Shown in pieces: positions 21,236 to 33,818 of a stretch of 57,523 nucleotides of DNA. Source of the DNA: Chiloscyllium plagiosum (lineage: Eukaryota); the NCBI RefSeq assembly GCF_004010195.1, contig NC_057719.1, positions 32,496,529 through 32,554,051 of the forward strand, written 5' to 3'. Position numbers and translations under genes: made by a program. Each line of letters starts with the position of its first letter. Position 1 is the stretch's first letter. Under the pieces are notes generated by a model. It was not told where the DNA came from and made no database searches. It worked only from the letters and a program-made list of their open reading frames with translations.

Positions 21236-24200
21236 GAAAATTCATTAGTGGAACATGAGTTCCAATATTTGCCAAATTATAACATTCAATTCTTTCCAGC
21301 TTTGGCATGGGAGTGGAGGGTTATTGCAAGGCTAACAACAGTTCAGGAATTATGAAAAAGGAGTTCAAAGGTTACAGGATACTGCAGAAAGATAAATAGA
21401 GAGGCAGCCTCCGTGTTGGGAGTCCTGCAACTAGATGTATTACTGGGAAGACAGCGGAACCACAAAGATTTTGTGCAGGGAACTTGAAGAGTCAAGAGCA
21501 ATTGGATGGTTCTGATTGTTAGAACTGAAGAAGAAATTCAAAGAATTAGGCAACTAAATGTGGAAGTCATGACTCAGAAGTCCTGGGGAGTTAACAAAGT
21601 GGAAGATCACTGGCTTCCTGTTGGGGAGAAGTCATGAGAAGCTTAGAAAAAACCTGAGGATTGACACTTGAGGACTGAGAGAGAGAGGTGGTTAAAAAGC
21701 TCACATGAGGTATTTGCTTGATACAACTGAGCAAGATTTGAGCTCTATGGGAAAAAAAATGGGGTAGGACTATTTTGGTGAGTCTAGCTGTTGGGGAAGT
21801 TATCCCATGAGTGAGTGCTAGCAGGCAGTTTCCAGAATCCAGGGAAATCAAAAAAAGTGGGTGACTAACTAGAACAGAAGCAGACATTGAAATAGTCCAC
21901 AATAGACCATTAGTAAATGGGGGTTTCAAGGCAATGTCAACAAAAGTGAGTAATTGTGATCACTCTGAAGTTTAATAAGGGTTGATGACCCACTGTGTTA
22001 CTATTGCCTGGAGGTCATTGCTGAGAATGCAATGGGGTTTATCTTGGTTGTATTTGCTAGTTAATGTATGCTGCAGTGTGTGGAATCACAGACCAATACC
22101 CAAATTAACAACATGCTCAGCTGGGTCTTGGCAGTAAGTAGTTTATGTATTGTAGGTTGTATCACTACTCTAATGTTATATAGTTATCGTTTTTTTGTTC
22201 AAAACCATGGAACATGTGTTTTTATTCTCAGACTATACATAATCTGATCTGGTATCGGTTTTTAAAAAAAGTTATTAATTGCAAGCCAGATCATATAAAA
22301 GTTGGTCGTCTAGCCTAGGATTGTAACTTAATTAGATAATAATTAATTCGAACAAAAGACAGTTCTAGTGATTCCTGTGTAGATTTCTGAAGCCATTTCC
22401 ACTGAATCTAACAAAAGAGCCGTGTTATATTTCTCATTAATTTCAAATAATTCCGTCAGTTTCTCTCAACCATTTCAGTACGAGTAAGCAATCACATTAG
22501 GTTCCTTGGATTAAACTGTATAAATTACGTAATCTTGAATAGGGACCAGGATCAAAGATGAGCACAGGATTAAAATCAATCTCTATGACTAACAGTGAGT
22601 GTTTTGATTGTGTAAAATGAAGTGACAGCAAACTAGCAGCTAGTTTATAACTCTCCCATTTCATACTTCTATTGACTTTGATTGCTATTGCCCACATCAT
22701 GCTATTGTATAAATTCAAGATCTGTCCCAGATCTTTATGAAATACTGAGGGATGTTGAAAATTCTTAAAAGCCTACATATTTCCAGAGGCTGATTAGGAT
22801 TACTGTGTAGTTTCCTCCTAAGCTTTCCTCCAGTTATAAACTTTGGCAGGTGACAAAGTCTTTCAGTTTACTACAAGGCTTAGAGCTTTGCTGAACCTTC
22901 TGCTTTTGATGCAATTAGTATTCTCCAATTGGTTCAAAAAGCAATAACTGAGAGTGAAGTAATAGGATCAAAGATCCTTCCTGGTTAGCAGCTCAAATAT
23001 GACTATTGCTGCTGTACACTGATTACAGCCTCTTAATTTAGTATCATCTCAATAAGTGGATCAGAACATGCAGAATCAACATCTTGGCACTAATGATATG
23101 TACTTATTGCTGCAAAATGATCTGTATTACGTTCACGTCTGTTAGTCTGAATATCAGCTCCCAGCATCTTATTGTTGTGCCCCAATCATACGAATAAGTA
23201 CAGCTTTAATCATTCGAACTCTTTGATTTAAATCAAAGCATTCATATTCTTGTCTGTACACACATATAGCAAACTACAAAGTTTGCTGGACCACTCCTGA
23301 CGCAACTATTAGCTGTTATGTTCTTTTACTTTGCTCTGTAATGTGTTAAAAATGTTAATTTCAGATGAAGGATATTATGGAACAGAATGATAAAGGGATT
23401 GTTTCCACTTTTCCATCACTGACATGGATTGACCTGCATGAAGTGCTACTTCCATTTTCATTGGTCTCTTTCAATCATCCTCTCTCCTGCCCAAAAGGTA
23501 ATTGAAAATTGAGCCCAAGAAATACTTAAATTCCCTAATGAGAATTAAATGCCCTGTAGATATTAAATTATCCATTTAAAATCACAGACATTAAATAAAT
23601 GAATATAACTAAATTTGTGCGATTAACTCCATTGGAACAGATTATTTTATGAGCATTAAGTGGATTAGGTTCCTATGCCACATACCCGGATTTTGTAAGT
23701 AGTGATGAAATGCTCACCATCAATATGGCCTCTGGAGATGTCTTTTCTGATGTCAGTTTGAATTGGATGGCTGTCACAGAGGGTTTGTGGGATTTAGGAA
23801 CAGGCAGCAGCCAGTCTGATCAAACAAATCGGATTAAAGGATCCTTACAGAAAGTTAAGCACGAATATACTAAACACAAAATGGAAATTGCCATTAAATC
23901 ATTACACAGAAAATTAAATAAATTCTAATGCGCTTTGCATTCGTATCTCACTTTTCCTGAAAGCCTGTGGTGAGGGGGACGGTGAGCCTGGATGGCAGTT
24001 GGCAGAGAGATGGCAGCGTGGAAGCATGGGCATCTAGAGATCAAGCCCAGCACAGGACAGAAATCAAGCCCTCGTGGGGAAAGCACAGCATGGATCAACT
24101 GAGGGCCATGGCTAAAGAAGGACTGTAATGTTGAACTTCTAGCTTACTTCTTTATTTTTCTACTTTTTAACCTAAGATTTTGTACCAACGTAACTTGTAT

Positions 24201-24452
24201 CTAAGATGACTTCGTGAATAACATTGTGTAATTTTCACTTTACTCCTGTATCGCTGAAACCTAGCGATAGGAAAACCTAGTTCAAATGTTGTTTCGGGGC
24301 AATTTACAGCCAATAAAGTTTAGTATGTGTATAGTTTGGAAACATTGTAAACATTACACACAGTAAATTTGCACAAACAGCGATGTGATAAAATCTAGAT
24401 AGTCCATTTGTGATGTTGACTGAGCAATAGATTTCAGTTGGGACACATGGAT

Positions 24453-24650
24453 ATAATCCCTACAGTGTGGAAACAGGCCATTTGGCCCAACAGGGCCACA
24501 CCAACCCTCCAAAGAGTATTCCACCCAGACCTTTTCCCTAACCCTACTACTCTATATTTCCCCTGAATGATGCACCTAGCCTATACATCCCTGAACACTA
24601 TGGACAATTTAGCATAGCCAATTCAACTAACATGCACATCTTTGGACTTT
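24453..24650 (-). mobile_element. HE1-like SINE, 5'-truncated
   Basis: Contains CCCTACAGTGTGGAAACAGGCC...ACACTATGGACAATTTAGCATAGCCAAT, shared with the other HE1 copies. Confidence 0.8.
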
Positions 24651-24671
24651 GTATAATTCCCCTGTTTTTCT

Positions 24672-25370
24672 TGTTACCGCACTGGGTAAACGCTCCTGCT
24701 TAATTTAAACCAGCAACACAGAAAAGATTTATTCCATGCAATAATCATAAAAATCCAAGAGGCCAAGAACTATTTTAAGTAAAAATTAGCAACTTTATTT
24801 CTTAACATATAACAGAGAATAATTAACTAACAACTATTTACAACTTCTTCCTCTAGCCTATCTTTTATTGTCCCTTCTATAATACTAGTCCAATGAAACC
24901 CTCAAGTAAAATTTACCAAAGATTCAAATTTCAAAACCAGCCAGCTGCCGTATCTTCCTCTGTAGAGTCGGTGTCTAGGTTGGTACTGGTGTTTTTCTCG
25001 TGTGCAAATTCCTTCTCTAAACAGGTCCCTCTCAGAGAGTTCTGATGAGGAGCCTACATCTGTTGGTCTTCTGGTAATTTTCTCCCAACTGTTCAATTTT
25101 TCCTGGTCTTATAGCCCCAAAGCATTGGATTGTGTCATTGTCTTTTAAGATTGTCAATATACTCAATTCAAACTTGATTGGAGTCTGTTTTTTTTGGTTG
25201 TATAATTTAAACTGATTGGCCCAATTCAAATTTGTTTTTGTTTCTAGGCAACTAGCTACCTTACTGCTGGACAAAAACATTATATCTTGTTCAGAACACT
25301 TGGTGCTGTCAGGTAGCTCTGTTAGCTTTTAACTCTCTTAAAGGTACAGTAAAGTTACATATTTATAACA
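24672..25370 (-). repeat. 3' LTR (~699 bp) of the Gmr1-type element
   Basis: Bounded by TGTTA...TAACA. On the minus strand it is directly preceded by the polypurine tract AAGGGGGAGG-like run (25371-25382). Its first ~90 bp match 30493-30580. Confidence 0.85.
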
Positions 25371-27643
25371 CCTCCCCCCTTAAAAAAATAAAAAGAACCA
25401 TCATTATGAAAAGATGGCTTCATTTCTTTTCTATTCTTTAAACACAATACCCTAACATATCGATAACTTTAATCTAAATTCATCTTAACTTCTTCCCATA
25501 TGACTGTATTTATGTATTTAACATTAAATAAATACAAATCTCATCTAAACTTTATCAGTTAAATCTGCGATAACGTATCTGCAATTACATTCTTATGATC
25601 CGCAACATGCATGAATTTTAAATTAAAATACCAAACTCAATAGTTTTTTTTGATTGTGGAGTATTTCCTCTGGTGGATGTTGATCTTCTTGGAAAAGCTA
25701 CCAGCTGGCAGCTCAATCCCAACCTTATCCCTCCTGTACAAATACAGCTCCCACTCACAAGCATCGATGGTGACTTTAGAAGGTGTTTAAAAGTTTGGTG
25801 TAGCTAAAACTGGTTTGGTGGTTAATATCGATTTCAAATGGTCGATTGTCTCCTGGAATGGTTCTGTCCACTGAAACTTTGTGTTCTTCTTCAGCAAATC
25901 GGTTAACGGTGCCACTACACTGCTGAAGTTTGGAACAAACGTCTGATAGAATCTGCTGAGTCCTAAGAATCGAAGCACCTCTTTCTTCAAGGTTGGTCGT
26001 GGAAATTCCTCAATGGCCTTCGTCTTTGCATTCCGTGGGATTAACCTTTCATGACCAATGTTATGGCCTAAGAACGTCACCTCTGCTTTCACGAATTCAG
26101 TTTTATTTAAGTTTATTACCAGTTTTGCTTCTCGTAGTCGTTCAAAGAGCTCTTCCAACTTTACCATGTGACCTTTCCAGGACTTACTAAAGATCACTAC
26201 ATTGTCTAATTAGACTGCACAGTTTGTTAACCCAACCACAACTCTGTTCATGAGTTTTGGAATGTGGCAGGTGTGATTTACATTCCAAAGGGCATCACTT
26301 AAAACTAATATAGCCCATTTGGGGTTACAAATGCAGAAATGCAGTCCTTCAATCTAGGAATTGGCTATGAGTCCAATTTTGTAATGGCATTGACCTTCCG
26401 ATAATCCATGCAAATCATCGAGTCCCGTCCTGTTTGGGAACTAAGCTGATCGGCGAACTCCACTCACTCTGGCTTGGTTCGATGATGTATTTGTCAAACA
26501 TGCCCTCCACCTCCATCTGGACCTGTCTGGCTTTGAAAGGACTAAGCCGATAGGGGTGTTGTCTTATCGGAGCAGTATTCCCTGTGTCTACTTCATGTAG
26601 CATTAGTCCTCCCCGTCTGATTCTTTCTATGCTCCTGAGACAGATAGTTGACTAACTTATCCCAATCCTCATTTTTTAATCTATATTGAGGCACATCAAA
26701 ATCCAGATCATCTGGATTTGGTTCCTCGCTCTGCAGGGCAGTAACTAACACCTGTTTCTCTGGTTCTTTCTCTTCAGTTAAGACAGTTTCAATATGTTCA
26801 CATGACATACCTGATAGTTTATTCTTCTATCTGGCATCTTTACTAAATAGTTCACTTGACTCAACTTTTTCTCAATTTGAGAGGGATCACTAAACCTTGC
26901 TTTGAAGTGATCTATCACTGGTAACAGTGGTAACACGTCATCCCCTTGGGAAAACATTTGAGTCTCAGAGCTTCATTTTATGCTGTGCCCTTTGTATGTG
27001 CTATTCAGCTAACTGACCTACACGATTTATCTCTCCTTCACTTCTGATACATAATCTAAGTGTGAGATGTCTGACTTAGGTTCTGTCAATTTTTATTTAA
27101 TTAATTTCAAAGGGCCTCTCACTTCATGCCTGAATTTTAACTCGAAGGGCATGAACTGAACAGATTCATTTGGGGAATCTCAAATGGCAAACGATACGAA
27201 TGGGACACCTTTATTCCAATCAGTCGAGTAATTCTGACAGTATGCTCTTCATGGACTTCAAGGTCTGATGCCACCTTTCGAAAGCTCCCTGGGATTTAGG
27301 ATGAAATGCACTTGACTTGAAGTGCATAACCTCCTTAAACAGCCTAGCAGTAAATTGGACCCTTGGTCTGACTGAATCTCTCTGGGTAGCCCATACCGTG
27401 TGAAGAAAGCTACTAACTCCTCTACCACCATTTTTGCCTTGATACTCCGTAATGGAATTGCCTCCAGAAATCTGGTAGACACATCCATTATGGTTAACAA
27501 GTATTAGTTTGCACTTTTAGTTCTCGGGAGGGAACCTACACAATCAATTATAACCTGCATGAAAAGTTCTTCAAATGCAGGAATTGGCAACAAAGGTACT
27601 GGTTTTTATTACCGCCCTTGGCTTACCTCCCATTTAGCATGCA

Positions 27644-27847
27644 CATAGAACATAGAACATAGAACAATACAGCACAGAACAGGCCCTTTGGCCCTCAATG
27701 TTGCGCCGACCTGTGAACTATTCTCAGCTCGTCCCCCTACACTATCCCAAAATCATCAATGTGCTTATCTAAGGATTGTTTAAATCTCCCTAATGCGGCT
27801 GAGTTGACTACCTTAGCAGGTAGGGCATTCCACGCCCTTACCACCCT
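27644..27847 (-). mobile_element. CR1 3' end inserted in the gypsy integrase zinc finger
   Basis: Has a (CATAGAA)n tail and a 3' UTR like 6300-6443 and 15860-15930. The flanks read ...NFC*KCHT | C on the minus strand. Confidence 0.8.
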
Positions 27848-29578
27848 GTATGACACTTTCAGCAAAAGTTAACCAAATCTTTGTGCATTCCAGGCCAACA
27901 AAAATATTTTTGTACCTTAGCCTGGGTCTTTCATACCCCTAGGTGACCCCCTGCAGGTAGTTCAAATACTGCCTGTAACACCTCCTCTCTGTGTTGCCAG
28001 TAGCATACAATCTGGTGCACTTCAGCCCATTTCTCCTCTGCTGTGATCTCAATTTCTGCCTTAGGATTCTATTTTTCAGATAATAACCCTCTGAAATATT
28101 CTTTGCCTCTTTTTCAGAGCATGCATCCTCATACATATCTTTTATCATCATGTCTTGCTATTGCAAGTCTCTTAACCTTTCAGGGCTAAATACTTCTGTC
28201 TGACCCTCTGCCTGTTCAGGGTTTTCCTGCACCATTACATCAAACAGGGTATCCACTAACTGTACCAAAACTCCTTCATCTTTTTCTTTACTTTTCACTT
28301 CATGCTGTTACTTATGATAGTGGGATCTGGTTCCCAGATCCCTTACAGTCTGGGAAAATATCAGGATAACTCATCAGTTTCTTGGTCTTCCTTGGGCTTC
28401 TCCACAAGGGGTGTCACTCCCTCCTTGGATCCTGCTAAAGCATTCCCAAGAACAAACTGGATTCCTGAAACTGACAGTTTGTCAATCACTCCCATTGTAA
28501 CTTCCCCAGTCTTGAGTTGGCACTCCAACCTGATCTTACATAGGGAAATGCTAAATTTCTGTCCACCTACCCCAATAATTACCACATTCTCAGGTTACAG
28601 ATAGAAAGAGTGTATATTCGCTCATCCCTTACTATCAGTGACTGGTTAGATCCCGTCTCTCTCAAAATGACAACTTCTTGTCCTCCTCCCCCTGTTCTTT
28701 CTGAGTAAACTTTACTCACAGAGGTGGACTATTTGTAGAGATCAGCTACTAACTTCATACCCCTTTCAAGGCTGTGCACTCTCCTGCAGCTCCTTAGCTC
28801 TTCTTGGGGTGTCCTTTACCACCTTCACTAATGTAAGGGAAGCTTCTTTTATGACCTCTTTTCCCACAGTGCCTTTCTTTAATGACCAGCACTATGACTT
28901 TACGTGTCCCACCTTCTGGCAGTGAGAACACCTTTTCCCAGTGCCCTTCTGAAACCACCGGCACTAATTTTGTGTCCCCTGCCATTACAGTGAAAACACC
29001 TGAGGCCTTTCACCTTCTGTCCACCGCCTTGGGCTTCTTTAACTTGGAGTAAATTCTTACCAGTGCTTTCTACTCTTGGTTTTGTAATGTAGAATCTCCC
29101 CTTTTCCCAACTTCTATCCCTCACAGGGATGAAGTTCTGGGTGGAAGCTTGTCTTATGCACCATCTGCTAATTCTGCTGCCCTTTTTACTTTCTGAACTT
29201 TCTGTTCCTCCACATTAATTCCTATCATCTTTGGAAGTAAGTTTTTAGACTCCTCCACCATACTAATCTCTCGAACAGCCTCATTGGTCTTAACTATTTT
29301 CAAAGCACATATCCATTTATCAAAATGTTTATCAAATTGTTTTTCTGAACCATTGTCTGGTACCAATTCATAAGCACTTAAAATTGCCTGTTTAACCTCT
29401 TCATAATGTCTTGACCCCTCATCTGACAGCATGGCAAATACCTCACTAACTCTGCCTACCAGTTTAGTCTGAACTAGCATTACCCATAAATACTTGGACC
29501 ACTCCATCTACCTAGCCAATTTTCCAAATGAAATAAAGAAGGCTTCAACATCTTTCCCATATAAATATGGCAGAGTTT

Positions 29579-29582
<4 letters not shown>

Positions 29583-29623
<41 letters not shown>

Positions 29624-29629
29624 ATATAT
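29583..29629. repeat. (TA)n microsatellite inside gag
   Basis: Read directly from the sequence, with one phase shift. Confidence 0.95.
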
Positions 29630-30139
29630 CACTACCTTCTCTTTTAATCTCCATCCTGTTAATTTGACTTTGCTGACTAAGTGGCAAATTCTCAAGTTCA
29701 AGTTCTTTCTTTTTACTCAGCTAAGAACCTTCTCTCTCTTCTGTTTCCTCTCTCTCTTTCTTTGTCTTCTAACTCCATTTTCCTCAATTGTACTTTAAGT
29801 TTTTTGACCTCTACTGCACTTGTCTGTTTCTCTGATATACCCAAGTGTTTGAATAATTCCCTTACAACTTCAGCTTTACTTTTGTCCTTGGCTACACCTA
29901 AATCTGAATTATTGACTAATTCTAAAAGTATAGCCTTTTTCTTTCTTCTAAACTTTCTTGGCATATTTGAGAATTACCTTCAAATCCCAGGACCTCTTTA
30001 GCAATTTTAAGTGCTATTTCTCTCACTTTTAATTTAATCAACTACAAATCACCGAAATTAAACAAATTGCCTTACCTAAATTTTATTTAAAGGTCTAGGA
30101 CACTAACCTGCAAGTGTTTAAACCTGCTGGGATTTTTTC

Positions 30140-30391
30140 GATTAGATTAGATTACATTACAGTGTGGAAACAGGCCCTTCGGCCCAACAAGTCCACACCG
30201 ACCCGCCGAAGCGCAACCCACCCATACCCCTACATTTACCCCTTACCTAACACTATGGGCAATTTAGCATGGCCAATTCACCTGACCTGCACATCTTTGG
30301 ACTGTGGGAGGAAACCGGAGCACCTGGAGGAAACCCACGCAGACGCGGGGAGAACGTGCAAACTCCACACAGTAAGTCGCCTGAGGCAGGA
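30140..30391 (-). mobile_element. HE1-like SINE in the gypsy leader (5'-truncated, well preserved)
   Basis: Has a (GATTA)n tail, retains CpGs, and matches the reverse complement of 36105-36359. Confidence 0.9.
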
Positions 30392-30470
30392 AGGCGGTTT
30401 TCATACAACCAAATCTGTTCAAATCTGTCTAACTAGTTTAAATCACAAATCCCAGGTGCAAATCGGTCAA

Positions 30471-30490
30471 ATCCCAGCGACGAGCCACCA
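30471..30490 (-). promoter_or_regulatory. Primer-binding site, tRNA-Pro-like
   Basis: Minus strand TGGTGGCTCGTCGCTGGGAT lies 2 nt from the LTR end and resembles the tRNA-Pro PBS TGGGGGCTCGTCCGGGAT. Confidence 0.7.
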
Positions 30491-30492
30491 AC

Positions 30493-30580
30493 TGTTACAA
30501 CATGGCGTAGACCCTTCTGCTTAATTTAAATCAGCAACACAGAAAAGATTTAGCCCATGCAATGATCTGTGAAAATTCGA
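30493..30580 (-). repeat. Truncated 5' LTR (U5 end only)
   Basis: TGTTAC...CTGCTTAATTTAAA.CAGCAACACAGAAAAGATTTA aligns with 24672-24760, at roughly 80% by eye. Confidence 0.8.
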
Positions 30581-30582
30581 GA

Positions 30583-30700
30583 ACTGCAGTTCTGAAGAAC
30601 GGTCACTAAACCCAAACTGTTGAGTCTGTTTTGTCTCCACATACGCTGCTAGAACTGCAGAATTTTTCGAGCAATTTCTGATTTTGTTTCTGCGTTTTGA
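30583..30700 (+). mobile_element. PLE-type pLTR fragment (family C) with decayed hammerhead
   Basis: Reads CTGAAGAACGGTCACTAAACCCAAACTGTT...CTCCACATACGCTGCTAGAACTGC and is similar to 32572-32705. Confidence 0.6.
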
Positions 30701-32083
30701 ATGATGTGAGAATTGTCTCAATTTCCAAAGCAATGTCCAGCATTTTGTTACATATGTAAGCTATGTTTTGCAAGAAGATATTAGGCTAAAATGTGCAGCC
30801 AGTTCACGTGCAACAAAATTCTCCACAGGAGCATGTTCAGAAGAGCTTACCAAGAAACAATGTGTAAGATGCTTCCAAACTCTCATCTATGGCACACAGC
30901 CATATCAGTCAAGTCCAAGAGAAGATTACAACACTACAACTTATGGACTTCAGTCAGACAGTTCAAGTGATAAACTTGACAACACGTGGACACTATTGGA
31001 AAGGCTGAAGCCTTTACCATCAGTCATATAATATTCCTGAAAAAGGATGGACAACATGAACTGTATGCCAAGACTGACACTGGTGCCAGTGAAAATATCA
31101 TCCCTTTATACATCTTACATGAGATGTACTTTAGAAGTGGGCATAATGGTGCAGTCCACACATGATAACCTAACTACAGGTCAAACATCCTATCCGTTGG
31201 TATTAATTGTTTAAATGTCAATATGATTTCTCAGCATGGGTACCTGAGGTCTTTTGTAATGTTGATCACAGAAATTCTACCATGCAGGAGGTCATTCGAC
31301 CCATTGTGCCTATACTACCTCTTCAATTGAGTATTATTACCTCACACCATTGTCTTCCATATCATTCTTGACCTTCTGCCTTTCTATCAGGACCTCTTGT
31401 CATTAGTCTACCACCATTTAGATTTCTATATCATCATGATTCACAAGGTAATCAACACATTGGTACAAACACCAAAGATTCTAGACTGCAACACCAAGTC
31501 CATCCATAACTTGACAAACCTCTACCCAGACCCGTTTGATTTTATTGCTTATTTTATAGTGATGTAATATTAGATAGGAAAGAGATACCCAATGTAGTTT
31601 AACCCAACAATAAGTTTTGAGGAGAAACTCAAACTGGGATTGGATTCCATGGAACAAAACCACATCATTTGAAGTGTTGATCATTAAACTGATCAGTGCA
31701 GGTCCATTAATTCCATTTTGAAAAAAAGTATGCCTTCTACATATATGCTTGGCTGCAAGGTGACTGAGCAATACATAGAAAGATATCCATAAAAGAGTCC
31801 TATTCTTGAAGAACTTAATCTCGCGTTTTCATGTGCAAAGCATTTTTCCAAGTTTGATATTAAGAATGGACATTGGTTTATAATCTTCCCTCAGAGTTAC
31901 AGGAATGGACAACTTATATAACTCATTTCGACAGAGAAGACATTCTCAGATTACATTTGAATTATCCATCTGAGAGGATACATTCTAACAACATATAGAT
32001 CATATCATAAAGAACCTAGCAGGCAGTCTATCACAGATGTCAGTGCGATTCTTGGGAAAAGTAAGCACGAAAACAAACTTTTG

Positions 32084-32272
32084 AATCATAGAATCCCTAC
32101 AATGTGGAAACAGACCCTTCAGCCCAACAAGTCCACACTGACCCCTGAAGAGTAACCCACCCAGACCCATTCCCCTACCCTATATTTACCCCTGACTAAT
32201 GCACCTAACCTACACATCCCTGAACAGTAATGGGCAATTTAGCATGGCCAACGCACCTAACCTGCACATCTT
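32084..32272 (-). mobile_element. HE1-like SINE, 5'-truncated
   Basis: Same 3' half as the copy at 24453-24650. Confidence 0.85.
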
Positions 32273-32275
32273 GTA

Positions 32276-32705
32276 CTGGGGATCTAGCAGCCTTCAGGAC
32301 TTAATATTAAATTTAAAAATGTTAGAGCTTGAACATCTATGCCTATTTTGCACATGTATTTCCCAGGCTCTGTCAGGATTTGGGCTTCTTTCAGCAAAGA
32401 CAACCCAGTTTTACTAATTTAGGGACCCCATTCACAGCTTTTCTTTCTCTTTGCCTCACCAATATTCATCCTTTTGTCTAACTGTCTTGCCCTCCCTATT
32501 GTTTATACTATGCCCACCCCACTCCTCTTCATGTCTCCATCATATATACCACCCTTTCCTAGCTGCTACTAACTCTGTAAAAGGGTCACTGGACCTGAAA
32601 CTTCAACACTGCTTTCTCTCTATAGAGGCTTCCAGATCTGCTGAGCTTCTTCAGCAAATTTTGTTTTTTTTTAGATTTCTAGCATTGAGAGTTCTTAGTT
32701 TTATT
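32276..32705 (+). mobile_element. PLE 3' end (GIY-YIG C-terminus QPSGLNI.F..) with pLTR and decayed hammerhead
   Basis: CAGCCTTCAGGACTTAATATTAAATTT at ~32288, and CTGTAAAAGGGTCACTGGACCTGAAACTTC at ~32575. Confidence 0.6.
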
Positions 32706-33524
32706 TTAGACTACATCCTGGTGACTGGCTATTTCACTAAATTCTCTTGTGTGATGCAAGTCAAAGATATCACCAGGGCAACAGTTGTTGACGTATTAAT
32801 TGTCATATTCAATATGTTTGATGTTCCTGAATCCAATGATGTCCAACATTGGTCTGCAGTGCACTAGACCACCTTTCCATGACATTTGCAGGAAGGGGGT
32901 ATTACCTTCACCTTTTTGCCCCACTTTTCTCAACCTAATGGTCTTGCAGAATGTACTATTCAGATATTAACGTCCACAATCATTAAATGTGAAGCTACTT
33001 GTTAAGATGTAATAATGACTCTGAAATCACTGAACTGTGCCTCAAAGCAAAGGTTAACTCTCATTAGCAGCTCTCATGTTTGGAAGACAAAGGCATACAG
33101 TTCTTCTTTCACACACTGTTACCATCCAAACTCATGTGTGCAACCTCTTGTTGGAAAGAAGGGTATGATTGAACAAGAGCAGGATCAATGAGCATGCAGG
33201 CAGTTATCCCAACTTAAATCGGGACAAAGTGAGAGTTTGAAATCATCTTATAAATGCAGATGTCTGTGTCAATATGCTACAACATTTTGTGGAGTAGCCA
33301 TACACAGTCACAATCAATCATCAAATCCAACTGACGACACATCCAAGTGTACCTGATCAATTTGACATTTTATGAGATGATAATTCTGATACTGGAAGTA
33401 TTATGCCAGACTACTCTCACGTATAATACACATTTATCCATGATGACAGATGACACACCTCTGAATGAAGATTTACAGCTATGATGTGATAATTATACAA
33501 GGACTAGATCTGGCCAAGTAGCTC

Positions 33525-33818
33525 AAGTCCTCCAAACCTGAAAATATCCATGTGAATGTATTCTGAGCCATATCAAGCTTCACAACATCTTTCTTACAGC
33601 AGGGAGATCAGAATTAAACACAGCATTTTGATAGTGGCCTAACCAACATCCTATACAGTAACAATATTACCTTCCAACTCCTACGGTCAATGTATTAACC
33701 AATGAAGGCAAGTATACCAAATGCCTTCTTCACCACCCTGTCTACCTTTGGCTCTGCTTTCAAGGTAGAATGAACCTGCACTCCAAGGTCTCTTTGTTCA
33801 GCAACACTCCCCAGGACC
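33525..33818 (-). mobile_element. CR1 ORF2 fragment
   Basis: Aligns by eye to 38655-38945. Confidence 0.75.

Larger units (their letters stand above)
24672..30580 (-). mobile_element. Decayed Gmr1-type Ty3/gypsy LTR retrotransposon (gag-PR-IN-RT-RH)
   Basis: In minus-strand order: gag (~29990-28950, LRCFHCNGRGH knuckle), PR (VILRETGSNQS ~28670), IN (FCWPGMHKD, IIDCVGSLP, IQSDQGSN, SQGAFERWHQTLK; ~28000-26830), RT (IRQHPYRLSP, MPFG, AV*LDNVVIFS, VTFLGH; ~26610-25790), RH remnant. It has many stops and frameshifts. Confidence 0.92.
30770..33530 (+). mobile_element. Second, highly decayed gypsy element with canonical PR-RT-IN order
   Basis: Shows KTDTGASENIIP (~31070), AKHFSKFDIKNGHW (~31835), YILVTGYFTKF (~32712), MFDVPE and QPNGLAECTIQI (~32931). 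It is interrupted by a SINE and a PLE fragment. Confidence 0.7.

Noticed and set aside
21320..22330. Possible solo LTR (a similar case lies at 33820-34148)
   Set aside because: The texture is LTR-like, but I could not define both TG...CA ends, a TSD or a second copy.
23710..23928. 72-aa ORF as a host gene
   Set aside because: It has no recognisable domain and its length is within chance expectation.
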